50,703 nucleotides of DNA from Erysipelotrichaceae bacterium (GCA_017397025.1 JAFQKG010000131.1:1-50703), one strand, 5' to 3'; shown: positions 9,156 through 23,622, numbered from the stretch's first letter. Program-made: numbers and translations. The notes: generated by a model from the sequence alone, not told the origin.

Positions 9156-10409
9156 ATGCACAACCAAATTCCAAAACAAATCAAAACATGTTTAAACGAA
9201 TTAAATCAAAAATACGAAGCTGTCCTTGTTGGAGGATACGTCAGAGATGCCCTTCTTGGCAGAAAAAGCAAAGATTATGATATCGCAACAAGTGCTACAC
9301 CTGAACAAGTAAAAGAAGTGTTCAAAAGATATACTACCTTTGACAGCGGCATCAAGCATGGCACAGTAACTGTAGTCATTGATCTTCATCCTGTTGAAAT
9401 CACAACTTATCGTATTGAAAGCGGATATTCTGATTCTAGACATCCTGATCAGATTGAATTTACAACTGTCTTAAAAAAGGACTGTATGCGTCGCGATTTC
9501 ACAATCAATGCCATCTGCATGAAACAAGATGGTGAGCTGATTGATTATTTTGAAGGACAGGAAGACCTCAAAAATAAAATTATTCGCTGTGTTGGAAACC
9601 CAAAAGAACGTTTTTATGAAGATGCTCTCAGAATCATGCGTGCCATTCGATTCTCAGCTACTTTGGGCTTTGAAATTGAACCAGAGACAAAGGCAGCTTT
9701 GTTCGGTGAGCGTCAAAACCTGAGAAAAATTTCCATGGAGCGCTTTATTCAGGAATTCCAGAAAATTGTTGTAGCAGAACAATTTGATCATCTGCTCAAT
9801 GAATACCTTGATGTTTTCTCCGTCATGATCCCTGAATTAAAACAGCTTTCAGAAATTCCTGCTGTTTGGAATAGAATTTTGAATGATCTTCATGATTCTC
9901 CTGCTGTTTTAACCTATCGTCTTGCACTGATTTTCCTGCATTTAAGCCGATTCAATGCAGATAAAATCATTCCTATGCAGTCTGCATCGACATTCCTGAT
10001 GCTTGCAAAACGTTTAAGAATGAACAATGAAGTAACAGGTACAGTAGCTAGATTCATCCAAAACAGTCAAATTGAGCTTACACCAGATAAAGTTCTGGTT
10101 AAAAAAAGACTTAATCAGTTTGGAGACAGTTTCTTTGATTATCTTGGCTTCAGAAAAGCTTATGATTTAAATGAAGACATCTATGACAAAATTTCTAAAC
10201 AAGTCTCAGATATTATAGGACGTCAAGAATGCTTCTCACTGAAACAGCTTGCGATTAATGGATCAGATTTGAAGCAAATGGGTATCACTGGCACAAAAGT
10301 GTCATCCACTCTTAATCAATGCCTTTTATGGGTCATTGAAGGCCAGGTTGACAACAACAAATACAAACTTTTAGATAAACTTAATGAAACACTAAAGGGC
10401 AGAAACTAA
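9156..10409 (+). CDS. cca: CCA-adding tRNA nucleotidyltransferase
   Basis: GGYVRDALLGRKSKDYDIAT head motif and RRDFTINA. The ATG at 9156 is preceded by AGGAGA. The ORF-track start at 9105 lacks an RBS. Confidence 0.88.
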   Translation: MHNQIPKQIKTCLNELNQKYEAVLVGGYVRDALLGRKSKDYDIATSATPEQVKEVFKRYTTFDSGIKHGTVTVVIDLHPVEITTYRIESGYSDSRHPDQIEFTTVLKKDCMRRDFTINAICMKQDGELIDYFEGQEDLKNKIIRCVGNPKERFYEDALRIMRAIRFSATLGFEIEPETKAALFGERQNLRKISMERFIQEFQKIVVAEQFDHLLNEYLDVFSVMIPELKQLSEIPAVWNRILNDLHDSPAVLTYRLALIFLHLSRFNADKIIPMQSASTFLMLAKRLRMNNEVTGTVARFIQNSQIELTPDKVLVKKRLNQFGDSFFDYLGFRKAYDLNEDIYDKISKQVSDIIGRQECFSLKQLAINGSDLKQMGITGTKVSSTLNQCLLWVIEGQVDNNKYKLLDKLNETLKGRN

Positions 10410-10427
10410 TCCGCCCTTTCTTTTTTT
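10394..10427 (+). terminator. Rho-independent terminator of cca, embedded in the 3' end of the convergent gene
   Basis: AAAGGGC (10394-10400) pairs with GCCCTTT (10413-10419), 12-nt loop, then C + T7. The hairpin spans both stop codons (TAA 10407-10409 on +, TAG complement of 10406-10408). Confidence 0.55.
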
Positions 10428-11218
10428 ATTGTAATGACATTGATTTCTCGATGGTTGAACAATCGAGGTAAAAACCAATAATGTGCTAATCCTCTAGAAA
10501 CAACATGAGTCCCCGATTTTAATGGATATACTCCTCCTGCACGTTTAGGAAATAATCCTTGCTGAGGTGCAAACAACCCATTGATGCCAGGAAGTCTCCA
10601 TTGTCCTCCATGCGCATGTCCTGATATAAATAAATCAATTGGGTATTCTTCTATCAGCTTATACTGTTCTGGGCGATGCATCAAAAACACACTAAATACA
10701 TCTTTTTTTAAGTTTCTGCAAGCTACAGAAATATGCTCTTTATCCAGTTCATCTGAATTTCTTTTCTTGTCTGAACAATGATCCTGTATACCGCCAATCC
10801 ACAATACATTCCCGTCCACTTCTATCTGACAGCTTTCATTTTCAAGATGAACGATGTTGTATTCTTCAAGGATTTTTATCATTTGATCATAACTCTGATA
10901 AGTTCTACCTCTTTTATATTCGTGATTTCCACTTACATAGAAACAAGGCCATTTCTTTATCCCATGAAGAAGCTGATGTACAGAATCAAGACGCGTGTTT
11001 TCATCAATTAAATCTCCTGGTATCAATATTACATCTGGCATGATTTCATTCATATGCATCAGAACTTCTTCTGCATTTCCACAGTGGAAATCTGCAAGAA
11101 CTGCTATTTTTATTGTAGATTCAACTTTTCTAGAATGAATCTCTATTTCATCTATGATAATTGAATCATCAAAGCACAACCAAATGAAAACCAATAGAAT
11201 CACAACAATAATCCACAT
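10406..11218 (-). CDS. Membrane-anchored calcineurin-like metallophosphoesterase
   Basis: N-terminal TM (MWIIVVILLVFIWLCF). Motifs LADFHCGN, PGDLID, SGNHEY and SGHAHGGQ. Confidence 0.8.
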   Translation of the reverse strand: MWIIVVILLVFIWLCFDDSIIIDEIEIHSRKVESTIKIAVLADFHCGNAEEVLMHMNEIMPDVILIPGDLIDENTRLDSVHQLLHGIKKWPCFYVSGNHEYKRGRTYQSYDQMIKILEEYNIVHLENESCQIEVDGNVLWIGGIQDHCSDKKRNSDELDKEHISVACRNLKKDVFSVFLMHRPEQYKLIEEYPIDLFISGHAHGGQWRLPGINGLFAPQQGLFPKRAGGVYPLKSGTHVVSRGLAHYWFLPRLFNHREINVITIKKERAD

Positions 11219-11280
11219 AGCACCACCATTATTAGTATATCATCCTTCATAAAATATAGTACAGGAACCCATTTTATGTA

Positions 11281-11315
11281 AAAAGACAAAATCACTCGGA
11301 TTGCTCCGAGTGATT
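11281..11315 (-). terminator. Rho-independent terminator of rpoC
   Basis: AATCACTCGGA / TCCGAGTGATT 11-bp perfect stem with a 4-nt loop and a U-rich tail. Lies 7 nt after the rpoC stop. Confidence 0.7.
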
Positions 11316-11321
11316 GTTTGT

Positions 11322-14300
11322 TTAGTCTTCAACAGCTGTGATCGTTGTCACTTCTTCAGGAAGTGCAGCTTCTTCAGCAGCAGCTGATTTTGCAGCACGT
11401 TCTGCACGAATTTCTGCAGCACGTTCTGCAATTCTCAGGTTAGTTTCACGAACACCATTGCGGCATCCTGTTCCAGATGGAAGCAGCTTACCGATAATAA
11501 CGTTTTCTTTCAAACCAACCAGATTATCAACTTTACCCTTGATTGCAGCTTCAGTCAGAACTTTTGTAGTTTCCTGGAATGATGCTGCAGACAGGAAGCT
11601 GTCTGTTTCAACAGATGCCTTAGAAATACCTAACAGGTTAGGTCCAAACTTAGCTGGACGCTTGCCTGAAAGCAGAACACTTGTGTTCATCTTTGTCATG
11701 TTGTTAAGAGACAAAGTCTGACCAGCTGAAAGTCCAGTATCTCCACCATCCAGAACAACAACTTTCTTCATCATCTGACGAATCATGACTTCGATGTGCT
11801 TATCTGAGATTTCAATACCCTGAGAAGCATATACTTTCTTGACTTCCTTCAGAATGTACTTCTGAACTTCCTTAACACCTGCAACTTCCAGCAGTTCCTT
11901 AGGTGCAACCTGACCTTCAGTCAGCTTGTCACCAGCAGTTACCTTAGAACCTACACTCAAGAAAGAACGAATTGTCTGAGTCAAATCACACTTATGTTCA
12001 ATGCTTTCAGTTTCATTTGTAACCACAATGCGTGTACCTGTTTCAGTGTTTGTTACTTCAGTGATTTCACCATCGATCTTTGCCAATACAGCAACTTTCT
12101 TAGGTGTACGAGCTTCAAACAGTTCTTCAACTCGAGGAAGACCCTGAGTGATATCCCCATCTGAACCTGATGCAACCCCACCAGTATGGAATGTACGCAT
12201 TGTCAGCTGAGTACCTGGTTCACCAATAGACTGGGCAGCCATGACACCGATAGATTCACCGATTTCAACAATCTTACCTGTAGCCATATTGCGTCCATAG
12301 CACTTGCAGCAGACACCAGACATGCTTTCACATGTGAATGTGTTACGGATATAAACCTGTTTAATACCAGCTTTAACAATTGCCTTTGCAGCAGCATCAT
12401 CAATAAAGCTGTCTGCTTCAACCAATACTTCCTTTGTTTCAGGATGTACGATTTCTTCACGACTGAAACGTCCAACGATTCTATCAAACAGGCTCTCGAT
12501 TTCTGTGTTGTTCTTACGGTCAATCAGAGCTTCTACCAGGTAGCCTCTATCTGTTCCGCAGTCATCTTCAGAAACAATAACATCCTGTGCAACATCAACC
12601 AGTCGGCGTGTCAGATATCCAGATTCAGCAGTCTTCAAGGCAGTATCTGTCAGCCCCTTACGCACACCATGAGTACCGATAAAGAACTCAGATACGCTCA
12701 TACCTTCACGGAATGAAGAATAGATAGGAACTTCGATAATGCTTGGCTGATAATCTTTTCTTGATTTTGACTGGTTAGGACGAGCCATCAGACCACGCAT
12801 GCCAGCCAGCTGTGTAAAGTGCGACTTGTTACCACGGGCACCTGATACAGCCATCATGTTGATTGGGTTCTTACGAGGCAGAGAATTCATAACATCGTCC
12901 CCAATCTTGTTTTTGATATCGTCCCACAGTTTAGAGAAATGACGTTCCCATTCAGGCAATGTCAACAGACCTCTCTTCAAAAGGCGCTGCAGCTGATCAG
13001 CCTTTTCACGGCCTTCTGCTACATACTCATGCTTATGAGGTGCAACGTTGATGTCTGCTAAAGATACTGTCATACCTGCAACTGTAGAGTACTCAAATCC
13101 CATATCCTTGATCTGGTCGAGGATATCAGATGTACCTTCAGTACGATATTTTTCAAACACTTCAGCGATGACCATAGAAAGCTGCTTCTTACCAAATTCA
13201 GGATTGATTGGCATTGCTGCAACAGCTTCTTTGATGTTGCATCCTGGTGTCAGGAAGTAATCATCTGGTGTTGCCTTCAGTGTTGAGCCATCTTTAGTAA
13301 CACGATTGATGTAAGGGAAATCTGCAGGGAATACAGAGTTGAAAATTACCTTACCAACAGTAGTCACCAGATAACTGTTGTTCTGTTTTTCTGTGAAGCA
13401 TGTTTTTCCTAATGTAGATCCCTTCAGCACAATACGAGTGTGCAGATGGATGATTTTGCTCTGATAAGCCATCAGAACTTCATCTGGGTTCTTATAAACG
13501 TGACCTTCATTGTCACCAAAACGTCTCCACACTTCAGCGCCTTCATAATCTCCCAAAGCCTCTAAAGCTTCTGCCTTGGCATAGAATTCCTGAGCAGTTT
13601 CTTCCATGTTGACATAGAAGTTACCCAGAACCATATCCTGACCAGGAGTAACGATAGGCTTACCATCCTTAGGACCAAGGATGTTGTTGGAACCAAGCAT
13701 CAGGATTTCTGCTTCTGCACGAGCTTCTTCGCTCAGCGGCAGATGCACCGCCATCTGGTCACCATCGAAGTCCGCGTTGAACGCAGTACATACTAATGGA
13801 TGAAGACGAATTGCACGTCCTTCTACCAGTTTTGGCTTAAACGCCTGAATACCCAAACGGTGCAGAGTAGGTGCACGGTTCAGGAAAACAGGGTGGTTAT
13901 CGATAACCTGTTCCACGATATCCCAAACGCGTGAATCCTGACGTTCAATCAGTTTTTCAGCAGTCTTAGGATTTGATGCGATTTCCTGATTAACAATTTC
14001 GTTAATGACAAATGGCTTGTACAGCTGAATTGCCATTTCACGAGGAAGTCCACACTGGTACATCTTCAGATCTGGTCCTACCGCAATAACGGAACGTCCA
14101 GAGAAGTCAACACGCTTACCCAGCAAATTCTGACGGAAACGTCCCTGTTTACCCTTCAAAGAGTGAGACAAAGATTTCAGAGCACGTCCGCCTGCTCCAG
14201 TGATTGGCTTTGAACGACGTCCATTGTCAATCAGAGCATCGACAGCTTCCTGAAGCATACGCTTTTCATTCTGTACGATGATAGCAGGTGTACCCAGTTC

Positions 14301-15116
14301 GAGCAGCTTTTTCAAACGGTTGTTACGAGTAATAACACGACGATACAGATCGTTAAGGTCACTTGTCGCAAAACGTCCACCATCCAGCTGAAGCATTGGT
14401 CTTAAATCAGGTGGAATGACTGGCAGTGCAGTCAGAATCATCCATTCAGGCTTGTTGTCTGAATTCAGGAATGCATCGATTGTTTCCAAACGCTTGATCA
14501 GTTTCTTGCGTTTGTCCCCATTGGCTCCTTCTAGTTCCTTCATGACTTCGTTGTGTTCCTTGTTCAGGTCTACCTGTTCAAGCAATGTCAGAACAGCCTC
14601 AGCACCGCTTTTTGCAGTGAAGCTTCCAGGACCATAAATTGCAGTGAATTCGCGATATTCTCTTTCAGAGATCACCTGTTTGTAAGCCAGAGGAGTATCC
14701 ATAGGATCTGTAACAACCCATGATACGAAATATACAACTTCTTCCAGAGCTTTAGGTGCTACATTCAGAAGCAGCGCCATACGGCTAGGAATACCGCGCA
14801 GATACCAGATATGAGCTACCGGCGCAGCCAGTTCAATGTGACCCATACGTTCACGACGTACTGAAGACTTGGTGATTTCAACACCGCATCGGTCACAGAT
14901 AACGCCTTTATAGCGTACTTTTTTATACTTTCCGCAATAGCATTCCCAGTCTTTTGAAGGACCGAAAATACGTTCACAGTAAAGTCCATCTCTTTCAGGT
15001 TTTTGAGAACGATAGTTGATCGTTTCAGGTTTCTTTACTTCACCATAAGACCATTCACGGATTCTATCTGGTGAGGCAAGTCCAACCTGCATTGCTGCAA
15101 ATTTATTGACACTCAT
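11322..15116 (-). CDS. rpoC: DNA-directed RNA polymerase subunit beta'
   Basis: 1264 aa. Zn-finger [20 protein letters not shown] and catalytic NADFDGDQM. Confidence 0.98.
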   Translation of the reverse strand: MSVNKFAAMQVGLASPDRIREWSYGEVKKPETINYRSQKPERDGLYCERIFGPSKDWECYCGKYKKVRYKGVICDRCGVEITKSSVRRERMGHIELAAPVAHIWYLRGIPSRMALLLNVAPKALEEVVYFVSWVVTDPMDTPLAYKQVISEREYREFTAIYGPGSFTAKSGAEAVLTLLEQVDLNKEHNEVMKELEGANGDKRKKLIKRLETIDAFLNSDNKPEWMILTALPVIPPDLRPMLQLDGGRFATSDLNDLYRRVITRNNRLKKLLELGTPAIIVQNEKRMLQEAVDALIDNGRRSKPITGAGGRALKSLSHSLKGKQGRFRQNLLGKRVDFSGRSVIAVGPDLKMYQCGLPREMAIQLYKPFVINEIVNQEIASNPKTAEKLIERQDSRVWDIVEQVIDNHPVFLNRAPTLHRLGIQAFKPKLVEGRAIRLHPLVCTAFNADFDGDQMAVHLPLSEEARAEAEILMLGSNNILGPKDGKPIVTPGQDMVLGNFYVNMEETAQEFYAKAEALEALGDYEGAEVWRRFGDNEGHVYKNPDEVLMAYQSKIIHLHTRIVLKGSTLGKTCFTEKQNNSYLVTTVGKVIFNSVFPADFPYINRVTKDGSTLKATPDDYFLTPGCNIKEAVAAMPINPEFGKKQLSMVIAEVFEKYRTEGTSDILDQIKDMGFEYSTVAGMTVSLADINVAPHKHEYVAEGREKADQLQRLLKRGLLTLPEWERHFSKLWDDIKNKIGDDVMNSLPRKNPINMMAVSGARGNKSHFTQLAGMRGLMARPNQSKSRKDYQPSIIEVPIYSSFREGMSVSEFFIGTHGVRKGLTDTALKTAESGYLTRRLVDVAQDVIVSEDDCGTDRGYLVEALIDRKNNTEIESLFDRIVGRFSREEIVHPETKEVLVEADSFIDDAAAKAIVKAGIKQVYIRNTFTCESMSGVCCKCYGRNMATGKIVEIGESIGVMAAQSIGEPGTQLTMRTFHTGGVASGSDGDITQGLPRVEELFEARTPKKVAVLAKIDGEITEVTNTETGTRIVVTNETESIEHKCDLTQTIRSFLSVGSKVTAGDKLTEGQVAPKELLEVAGVKEVQKYILKEVKKVYASQGIEISDKHIEVMIRQMMKKVVVLDGGDTGLSAGQTLSLNNMTKMNTSVLLSGKRPAKFGPNLLGISKASVETDSFLSAASFQETTKVLTEAAIKGKVDNLVGLKENVIIGKLLPSGTGCRNGVRETNLRIAERAAEIRAERAAKSAAAEEAALPEEVTTITAVED

Positions 15117-15134
15117 GTTTCGTCCTCCTTTTCC

Positions 15135-19247
<4,113 letters not shown>

Positions 19248-19275
19248 GGTCGCCATCCTTTCTTGCCTATGCAAC

Positions 19276-19307
19276 GCACAAAAAGGGATATTCCTCCCAT
19301 TTTGTGC
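19276..19307 (-). promoter_or_regulatory. Stable stem-loop in the rpoB 5' UTR
   Basis: GCACAAAA-U-GGGA ggaaua UCCC-U-UUUUGUGC gives 12 bp with one mismatch. It sits between the predicted rpoB promoter and the RBS, and no U-tract follows it. Confidence 0.45.
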
Positions 19308-19330
19308 ATTTTACTATTTTTCAGCTTAGT

Positions 19331-19359
19331 ATATTACCACAAAATTGTCAAACTGTCAA
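19331..19359 (-). promoter_or_regulatory. Strong sigma-A-like promoter directly upstream of rpoB
   Basis: Minus strand reads TTGACA (19354-19359), 17 nt, TGgTAATAT (-10 at 19331-19336 with extended TG). A second TTGACA lies 8 nt downstream. The -35 overlaps the stop codon of the methyltransferase gene. Confidence 0.55.
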
Positions 19360-19943
19360 CGTGTGCACAGATAGACATGGAATCCCTTGTCTCTGTCCAC
19401 CAGTTTGACAGAACGAAATATTTCTTCAAGTTTTTTCTGAGCACTCAATGCCCCATGCTGTTTGCGAATCACAATCCACAGATGTCCGCCCTCATTCAAA
19501 TGATCAAAACTTTCTTCAAACAAACGATAAATCACTGCCTTTCCCGCCCTAATCGGAGGATTCAGCACGATATCATCGTATTTGTCCACAAGATTTTCAA
19601 AACCATCTGAAACAACCGCACGAACCTTCGCATTGTTTCTTTGCGCATTAGAAACACTGCACTCCACCGCTCTGCGATTGACATCACAGGCATCAACATC
19701 ACAACCAAACATTCGATTGAGCACAACACCCACAACGCCATAACCGCAGCCCAGATCAAGAACCTTTTTTCCTGTGCCGTATTTCGCAACCGCACTCAGC
19801 AAAATCTGAGTACCAGTGTCCACTTTGTCCTTTGAAAACAGATTTGAATCCGTCACAAAGGTGTAATTAACGCTCGAAAACCGGAAAGAAATTTCTTTCC
19901 GGTTATGAGCAGTTTGAGGATTTTCTTCGAAGTAATGACCCAT
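19356..19943 (-). CDS. Class I SAM-dependent methyltransferase (RsmC/YbxB-like small domain)
   Basis: VLDLGCGYGVVG (SAM motif I) and NPPIRAGK (N-methyltransferase motif IV). It holds the same position between rplL and rpoB as B. subtilis ybxB. The ATG at 19943 is preceded by GAGGAGG. Confidence 0.85.
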   Translation of the reverse strand: MGHYFEENPQTAHNRKEISFRFSSVNYTFVTDSNLFSKDKVDTGTQILLSAVAKYGTGKKVLDLGCGYGVVGVVLNRMFGCDVDACDVNRRAVECSVSNAQRNNAKVRAVVSDGFENLVDKYDDIVLNPPIRAGKAVIYRLFEESFDHLNEGGHLWIVIRKQHGALSAQKKLEEIFRSVKLVDRDKGFHVYLCTR

Positions 19944-19965
19944 TACTAACCTCCTCATTAAGGGC

Positions 19966-19991
19966 TTAAAAGCCAAACACGAAGTTCGGCT
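19966..19991 (-). terminator. Possible attenuator hairpin between rplL and the methyltransferase gene
   Basis: AGCCGAAC-uucgu-GUUUGGCU (one G-U pair) followed by UUUUAAG. The U-tract is weak. Confidence 0.35.
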
Positions 19992-20029
19992 TATAAGACT
20001 TTTTCTGAATAAATTCTGTTAAGCTGAAA

Positions 20030-20401
20030 TTACTTAACTTCAACAGTAGCGCCAGCTGCTTCCAGTTTTTCTTTAACTTCTTTAGCAACTTCTTCGCTAA
20101 CGTTTTCTTTGATTGCGCTAGGCAGGTTGTCAACCAGCTTCTTAGCATCAACCAGACCAAGGCCAGTCAGTTCACGAACAACCTTGATTACACCAACCTT
20201 AGAAGCACCAACTTCCTTCAGGAATACAGATACTTCAACTGGTCCCTTGTTTTCTTCTTCAGCTGGAGCAGCAGCAACTGCAACTGGAGCAGCAGCTGTA
20301 ACGCCGAACTTTTCTTCGATAGCCTTGACCAGATCGTTCAGTTCAAGGATTGTAGCTTCTTCAAGATACGCCAGGATATCGTCATGATTGATTTTTGCCA
20401 T
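20030..20401 (-). CDS. rplL: 50S ribosomal protein L7/L12
   Basis: 123 aa. [17 protein letters not shown], an Ala/Pro-rich hinge, and a C-terminal [14 protein letters not shown]. Confidence 0.97.
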   Translation of the reverse strand: MAKINHDDILAYLEEATILELNDLVKAIEEKFGVTAAAPVAVAAAPAEEENKGPVEVSVFLKEVGASKVGVIKVVRELTGLGLVDAKKLVDNLPSAIKENVSEEVAKEVKEKLEAAGATVEVK

Positions 20402-20422
20402 TTTAATTTTCCTCCTTAAAAT

Positions 20423-20962
20423 TTACGCTTCAGCTTCTGCTGGAGCAGCTTCTTCTGCAGCATCTGCTGTACCCTTAGCATCCGCAACTGCTTTAACAGC
20501 ACATGCGAAGCTTCTTACAGGTGACTGCAGACAGCTCAGCAGCATGGACAGCATGCCTTCTCTATTAGGCAGGCCGGCGAGTTCTTTAATTGTGTCGAGT
20601 CCTACAACTTTGCCTTCAACAACGCCGCCCTTGAGTACGAGCTTGTCATGTTTCTTGGCAAACTTTGAGAGAACACGGCTAGGAGCAACTGCATCAGTAG
20701 AGAATGCGATCGCGTTAGGACCAACCAGCTGTTCGTTGAGGTCACCGTATCCTGCCTGTTCAGCAGCACGACGTGTAATTCCGTTCTTGTAAACCTTGAA
20801 GTCTACACCTTCCTTACGAAGTTCACGTCTTAATTCAGTAACTTCAGCAACTGTCAGACCACGATATTCAACTACGACTGCAGATGCACTGCTGGAAAAC
20901 TTTTCACTAACTTCATTTACCAGCTGGATCTTTGCGTCTAATACCGCTTGATTCATTGACAC
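20423..20962 (-). CDS. rplJ: 50S ribosomal protein L10
   Basis: 179 aa. VVVEYRGLTVAEVTELRRELR is typical of L10. Immediately upstream of rplL. Confidence 0.96.
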   Translation of the reverse strand: MSMNQAVLDAKIQLVNEVSEKFSSSASAVVVEYRGLTVAEVTELRRELRKEGVDFKVYKNGITRRAAEQAGYGDLNEQLVGPNAIAFSTDAVAPSRVLSKFAKKHDKLVLKGGVVEGKVVGLDTIKELAGLPNREGMLSMLLSCLQSPVRSFACAVKAVADAKGTADAAEEAAPAEAEA

Positions 20963-21115
20963 TAACCTCCGTTTTCTACATCAATATACTCACGTAAATA
21001 AAAACCCACACGTAGACAGTATGGGTTCAAAAATCGCATTTAAAAGTTTTTACGAATTTTTACCTCGGTAACATGATTAAGCATATGCCGTTACTGTCTA
21101 TGGTATATTGATAAC
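20963..21115 (-). ncRNA. rplJ (L10) leader with intrinsic terminator/attenuator
   Basis: About 150-nt 5' UTR between the promoter and rplJ. Terminator ACCCAUAC-ugucuac-GUGUGGGU + UUUUUAUUU lies at 20996-21027. An upstream 9-mer UAGACAGUA (21092-21100) is complementary to UACUGUCUA (21013-21021), which overlaps the terminator 5' arm. This layout matches the Firmicute L10-leader attenuator class. Confidence 0.6.
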
Positions 21116-21121
21116 GCATAT

Positions 21122-21149
21122 ATCATACCAGATAGACTAACAATGTCAA
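21122..21149 (-). promoter_or_regulatory. Sigma-A promoter of the rplJ-rplL operon
   Basis: Minus strand reads TTGACA (21144-21149), 16 nt, TGgTATGAT (-10 at 21122-27 with extended TG). Confidence 0.6.
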
Positions 21150-21176
21150 GAGGTTTTTTATTTGTTTTTACGCTTT

Positions 21177-22106
21177 TTATCGTGTTTCAAAACCTTCTGC
21201 AAGTAAAGCTTCTCTTAATCTTCCATGATATTTTTTCATGAACTTTTCAGCTTCTTCTTTTGCATATCCCGTCTTCAGCATACACATCGCAAGCATTGTA
21301 TGATTGCCGCATTCTTCATAAACACGCTGCGCTTGTTCATACGTAACGTTGCATTCGCTCATCAAGTTTCGAACACTTCTTGCCCTTCCCTTTTCGGTTG
21401 TTCCAATTCCATAAACCAGATAATTCTTATAGGTACGTCCTAAGCGGACCATCGCTGCAGTAGAAACCATATTCAGCACAAGTTTCTGAGCAGTTCCTGA
21501 TTTCATGCGTGTAGAGCCCAGCACAACTTCCTGTCCCACAATAATTTCAACCGGATAATCAACGAGGGCTGAGATTTCTGCATTTGACACACACGAAATA
21601 CTTCCTGTTACAGCTCCAAGAGATTTCGCATAGTTCAGTGCATCTATCACATAGGGTGTTCTTCCCGATGCAGCCACTCCAATCAGCATATCCTCCTTAC
21701 TGAAATTTCTTTCTTTTAAATCGCGCGTTCCTTCTTCTGCATGATCTTCCGCAAATTCTTTTGCACGTTTCATCGCCGGAAGCCCACCACACATGATTCC
21801 CTCAACCATATCCTCAGGAATCCCATAAGTAGGCACCAGTTCTGCAGCATCCACAAACGCTAAACGCCCACTAGTTCCTGCCCCAATATAAAAGACTCTA
21901 CCTCCCTGAGCAATGGTTTGAACGTATGCTTCTGTCAACGCAGTGATTTCATCCATTTTTTCAGCAATGCGAAATGCAACAGTCTGATCCTCTTTATTGA
22001 TTGCTTCAAGAACCTCTTTGGTTGAATACAAATCAATATCGACAGTATTCATGTTTTGTTTTTCTGTTTCAAGATGCGCCAATTTTTCTGCTAAATTTTT
22101 TTCCAT
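21177..22106 (-). CDS. murQ: N-acetylmuramic acid 6-phosphate etherase
   Basis: SIS-domain protein with MEKNLAEKLAHLETE..., GAGTSGRL and AASGRTPY motifs. The ATG at 22106 is preceded by AGAGGTAAG. The ORF-track extension overlaps trkH and its terminator. Confidence 0.88.
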   Translation of the reverse strand: MEKNLAEKLAHLETEKQNMNTVDIDLYSTKEVLEAINKEDQTVAFRIAEKMDEITALTEAYVQTIAQGGRVFYIGAGTSGRLAFVDAAELVPTYGIPEDMVEGIMCGGLPAMKRAKEFAEDHAEEGTRDLKERNFSKEDMLIGVAASGRTPYVIDALNYAKSLGAVTGSISCVSNAEISALVDYPVEIIVGQEVVLGSTRMKSGTAQKLVLNMVSTAAMVRLGRTYKNYLVYGIGTTEKGRARSVRNLMSECNVTYEQAQRVYEECGNHTMLAMCMLKTGYAKEEAEKFMKKYHGRLREALLAEGFETR

Positions 22107-22127
22107 TCTACTTACCTCTATATGTTT

Positions 22128-22156
22128 ATCATAACGAGTAAAAATCACAAAGTAAA
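22128..22156 (-). promoter_or_regulatory. Putative murQ promoter
   Basis: Minus strand reads TTTACT, 17 nt, TATGAT. Confidence 0.35.
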
Positions 22157-22184
22157 GAAAAGATGGAATCCGAAGAATCCATCT
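22150..22184 (-). terminator. Rho-independent terminator of trkH
   Basis: AGAUGGAUUC-UUCG-GAUUCCAUCU (10 bp, one mismatch, UUCG tetraloop) followed by UUUUCUUUACUUU. Overlaps the TAG stop. Confidence 0.65.
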
Positions 22185-23622
22185 AAGAATTTTTACGAAC
22201 GAGTGGCGAAAACAGTACCAGCATTGGGAAAATTTCCAATCGCCCTGCCAGCATATCAAACATCATAACAAACTTTGACAACGCACTAAAAGCACTGAAG
22301 TTTCCAGTTGGACCAACCACATTCAGCCCAGGGCCAATGTTGTTAAGTGTTGCTGCAATCGCTGTAAAATTCGTTGTGAAATCAAAATTATCCAGCGAAA
22401 CAATCAGCATTGACACAAAGAAAATCAAAAAATATGCAGCCAGATATACCTTAGTCGTGCGAATCGCCTGCTGATCTACCGGCCGATTCTCAAGTCGAAT
22501 AGCCTTTACTGAACGCGGATGAATGAAATGTTCAATTTCTCTGATGACAGACTTCACATACAGCAGAACACGACTGACTTTCATGCCGCCTCCTGTACTT
22601 CCTGCGCAAGCCCCAATAAACATCAGCACCACAAGAATTGCTTTTGAAAACTCAGGCCACTGATTAAAATCGGCTGTTGCATATCCAGTCGTCGTAATGA
22701 TTGATCCCACCTGAAATGCTGCATGATGAAAAGCTGCAAATACATCTCCAAACATACGCATCGTATTCAATGTAATTAAAACGATGGCCGCTGTGATGAT
22801 CAAGAAATAAGCACGAACTTCTTCCATCTCAAAAGCCTGCTTCCACTTGCGGATCAGCATAAAATAATAAGCGTTAAAGTTTACACCAAACAAAATCATA
22901 AATACAGTTATAATTGCCTGTTGAATCACCGGGTAGCTTGCAATGGAATCATTCAGCACCCCAAAGCCGCCTGTTCCAGCCGTACCAAAAGAAAGCGTCA
23001 ATGCATGAAACAGCGGCATGCCTGTGATCAAAAGCAGTACAATTTCAACAATAGTCATTGCTAGATAGATGCCATACAAAATCATTGCGGTTGAACGAAT
23101 TCTAGGTACTAATTTCCCTACTGTAATCCCTGGGCTTTCTGCACGCATCAGATGCATATTATATCCACCAGCCAGTGGAAGCACTGCCAGAATAAACACC
23201 AGCACTCCCATACCACCTACCCAATGAGTAAAGCTTCTCCAAAACAAACTGCAGTTAGCTAATCCTTCAACATTGGTCAAAATGCTTGCACCTGTTGTCG
23301 TAAATCCAGAGATAGTCTCAAACAGAGCATCCACATAAGAAGGGATATCTTTGCACAGCCACAAAGGAAGTGCCCCTGCAATTGAAAGCACAACCCAACT
23401 CAGCGCAACCGCAACAAAGCCATCACGCGCATAAAACACTGTATTTTTTGGTTTCTTGTAAACAATAGTTCCTCCGCTCACACCTAAAATCACTGCACAG
23501 CAAAGGTAGGCCCATCCCTGAGCCTCTTTATATATCAGAGATACGATCCACGGCAAAACAAGAAACGCTGCTTCAAAACAAAGAATACAGCCTAAAAGAT
23601 AAAGAATAAAACGCTTGTTCAT
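22183..23622 (-). CDS. trkH: Trk/Ktr-type potassium transporter membrane subunit
   Basis: 479 aa polytopic membrane protein with repeated selectivity-filter-like motifs (TTTGAS, GTGGFG, TTTGYA, STGGGMK). Confidence 0.9.
   Translation of the reverse strand: MNKRFILYLLGCILCFEAAFLVLPWIVSLIYKEAQGWAYLCCAVILGVSGGTIVYKKPKNTVFYARDGFVAVALSWVVLSIAGALPLWLCKDIPSYVDALFETISGFTTTGASILTNVEGLANCSLFWRSFTHWVGGMGVLVFILAVLPLAGGYNMHLMRAESPGITVGKLVPRIRSTAMILYGIYLAMTIVEIVLLLITGMPLFHALTLSFGTAGTGGFGVLNDSIASYPVIQQAIITVFMILFGVNFNAYYFMLIRKWKQAFEMEEVRAYFLIITAAIVLITLNTMRMFGDVFAAFHHAAFQVGSIITTTGYATADFNQWPEFSKAILVVLMFIGACAGSTGGGMKVSRVLLYVKSVIREIEHFIHPRSVKAIRLENRPVDQQAIRTTKVYLAAYFLIFFVSMLIVSLDNFDFTTNFTAIAATLNNIGPGLNVVGPTGNFSAFSALSKFVMMFDMLAGRLEIFPMLVLFSPLVRKNS

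Noticed and set aside
22107-22259. N-terminal extension of murQ in the ORF track (MICWQGDWKF...), overlapping trkH by 77 nt.
   Set aside because: The extension crosses the trkH terminator hairpin and has no RBS. The conserved MurQ sequence begins at MEKNLAEK (ATG 22106), which has an RBS. The same reasoning removed the upstream extensions of the SBP (4838-4909), cca (9105-9155), rplK (27023-27076), DUF402 (27690-27917), the methyltransferase (19944-19976), DUF2156 (46205-46294) and mutL (41471-41509).
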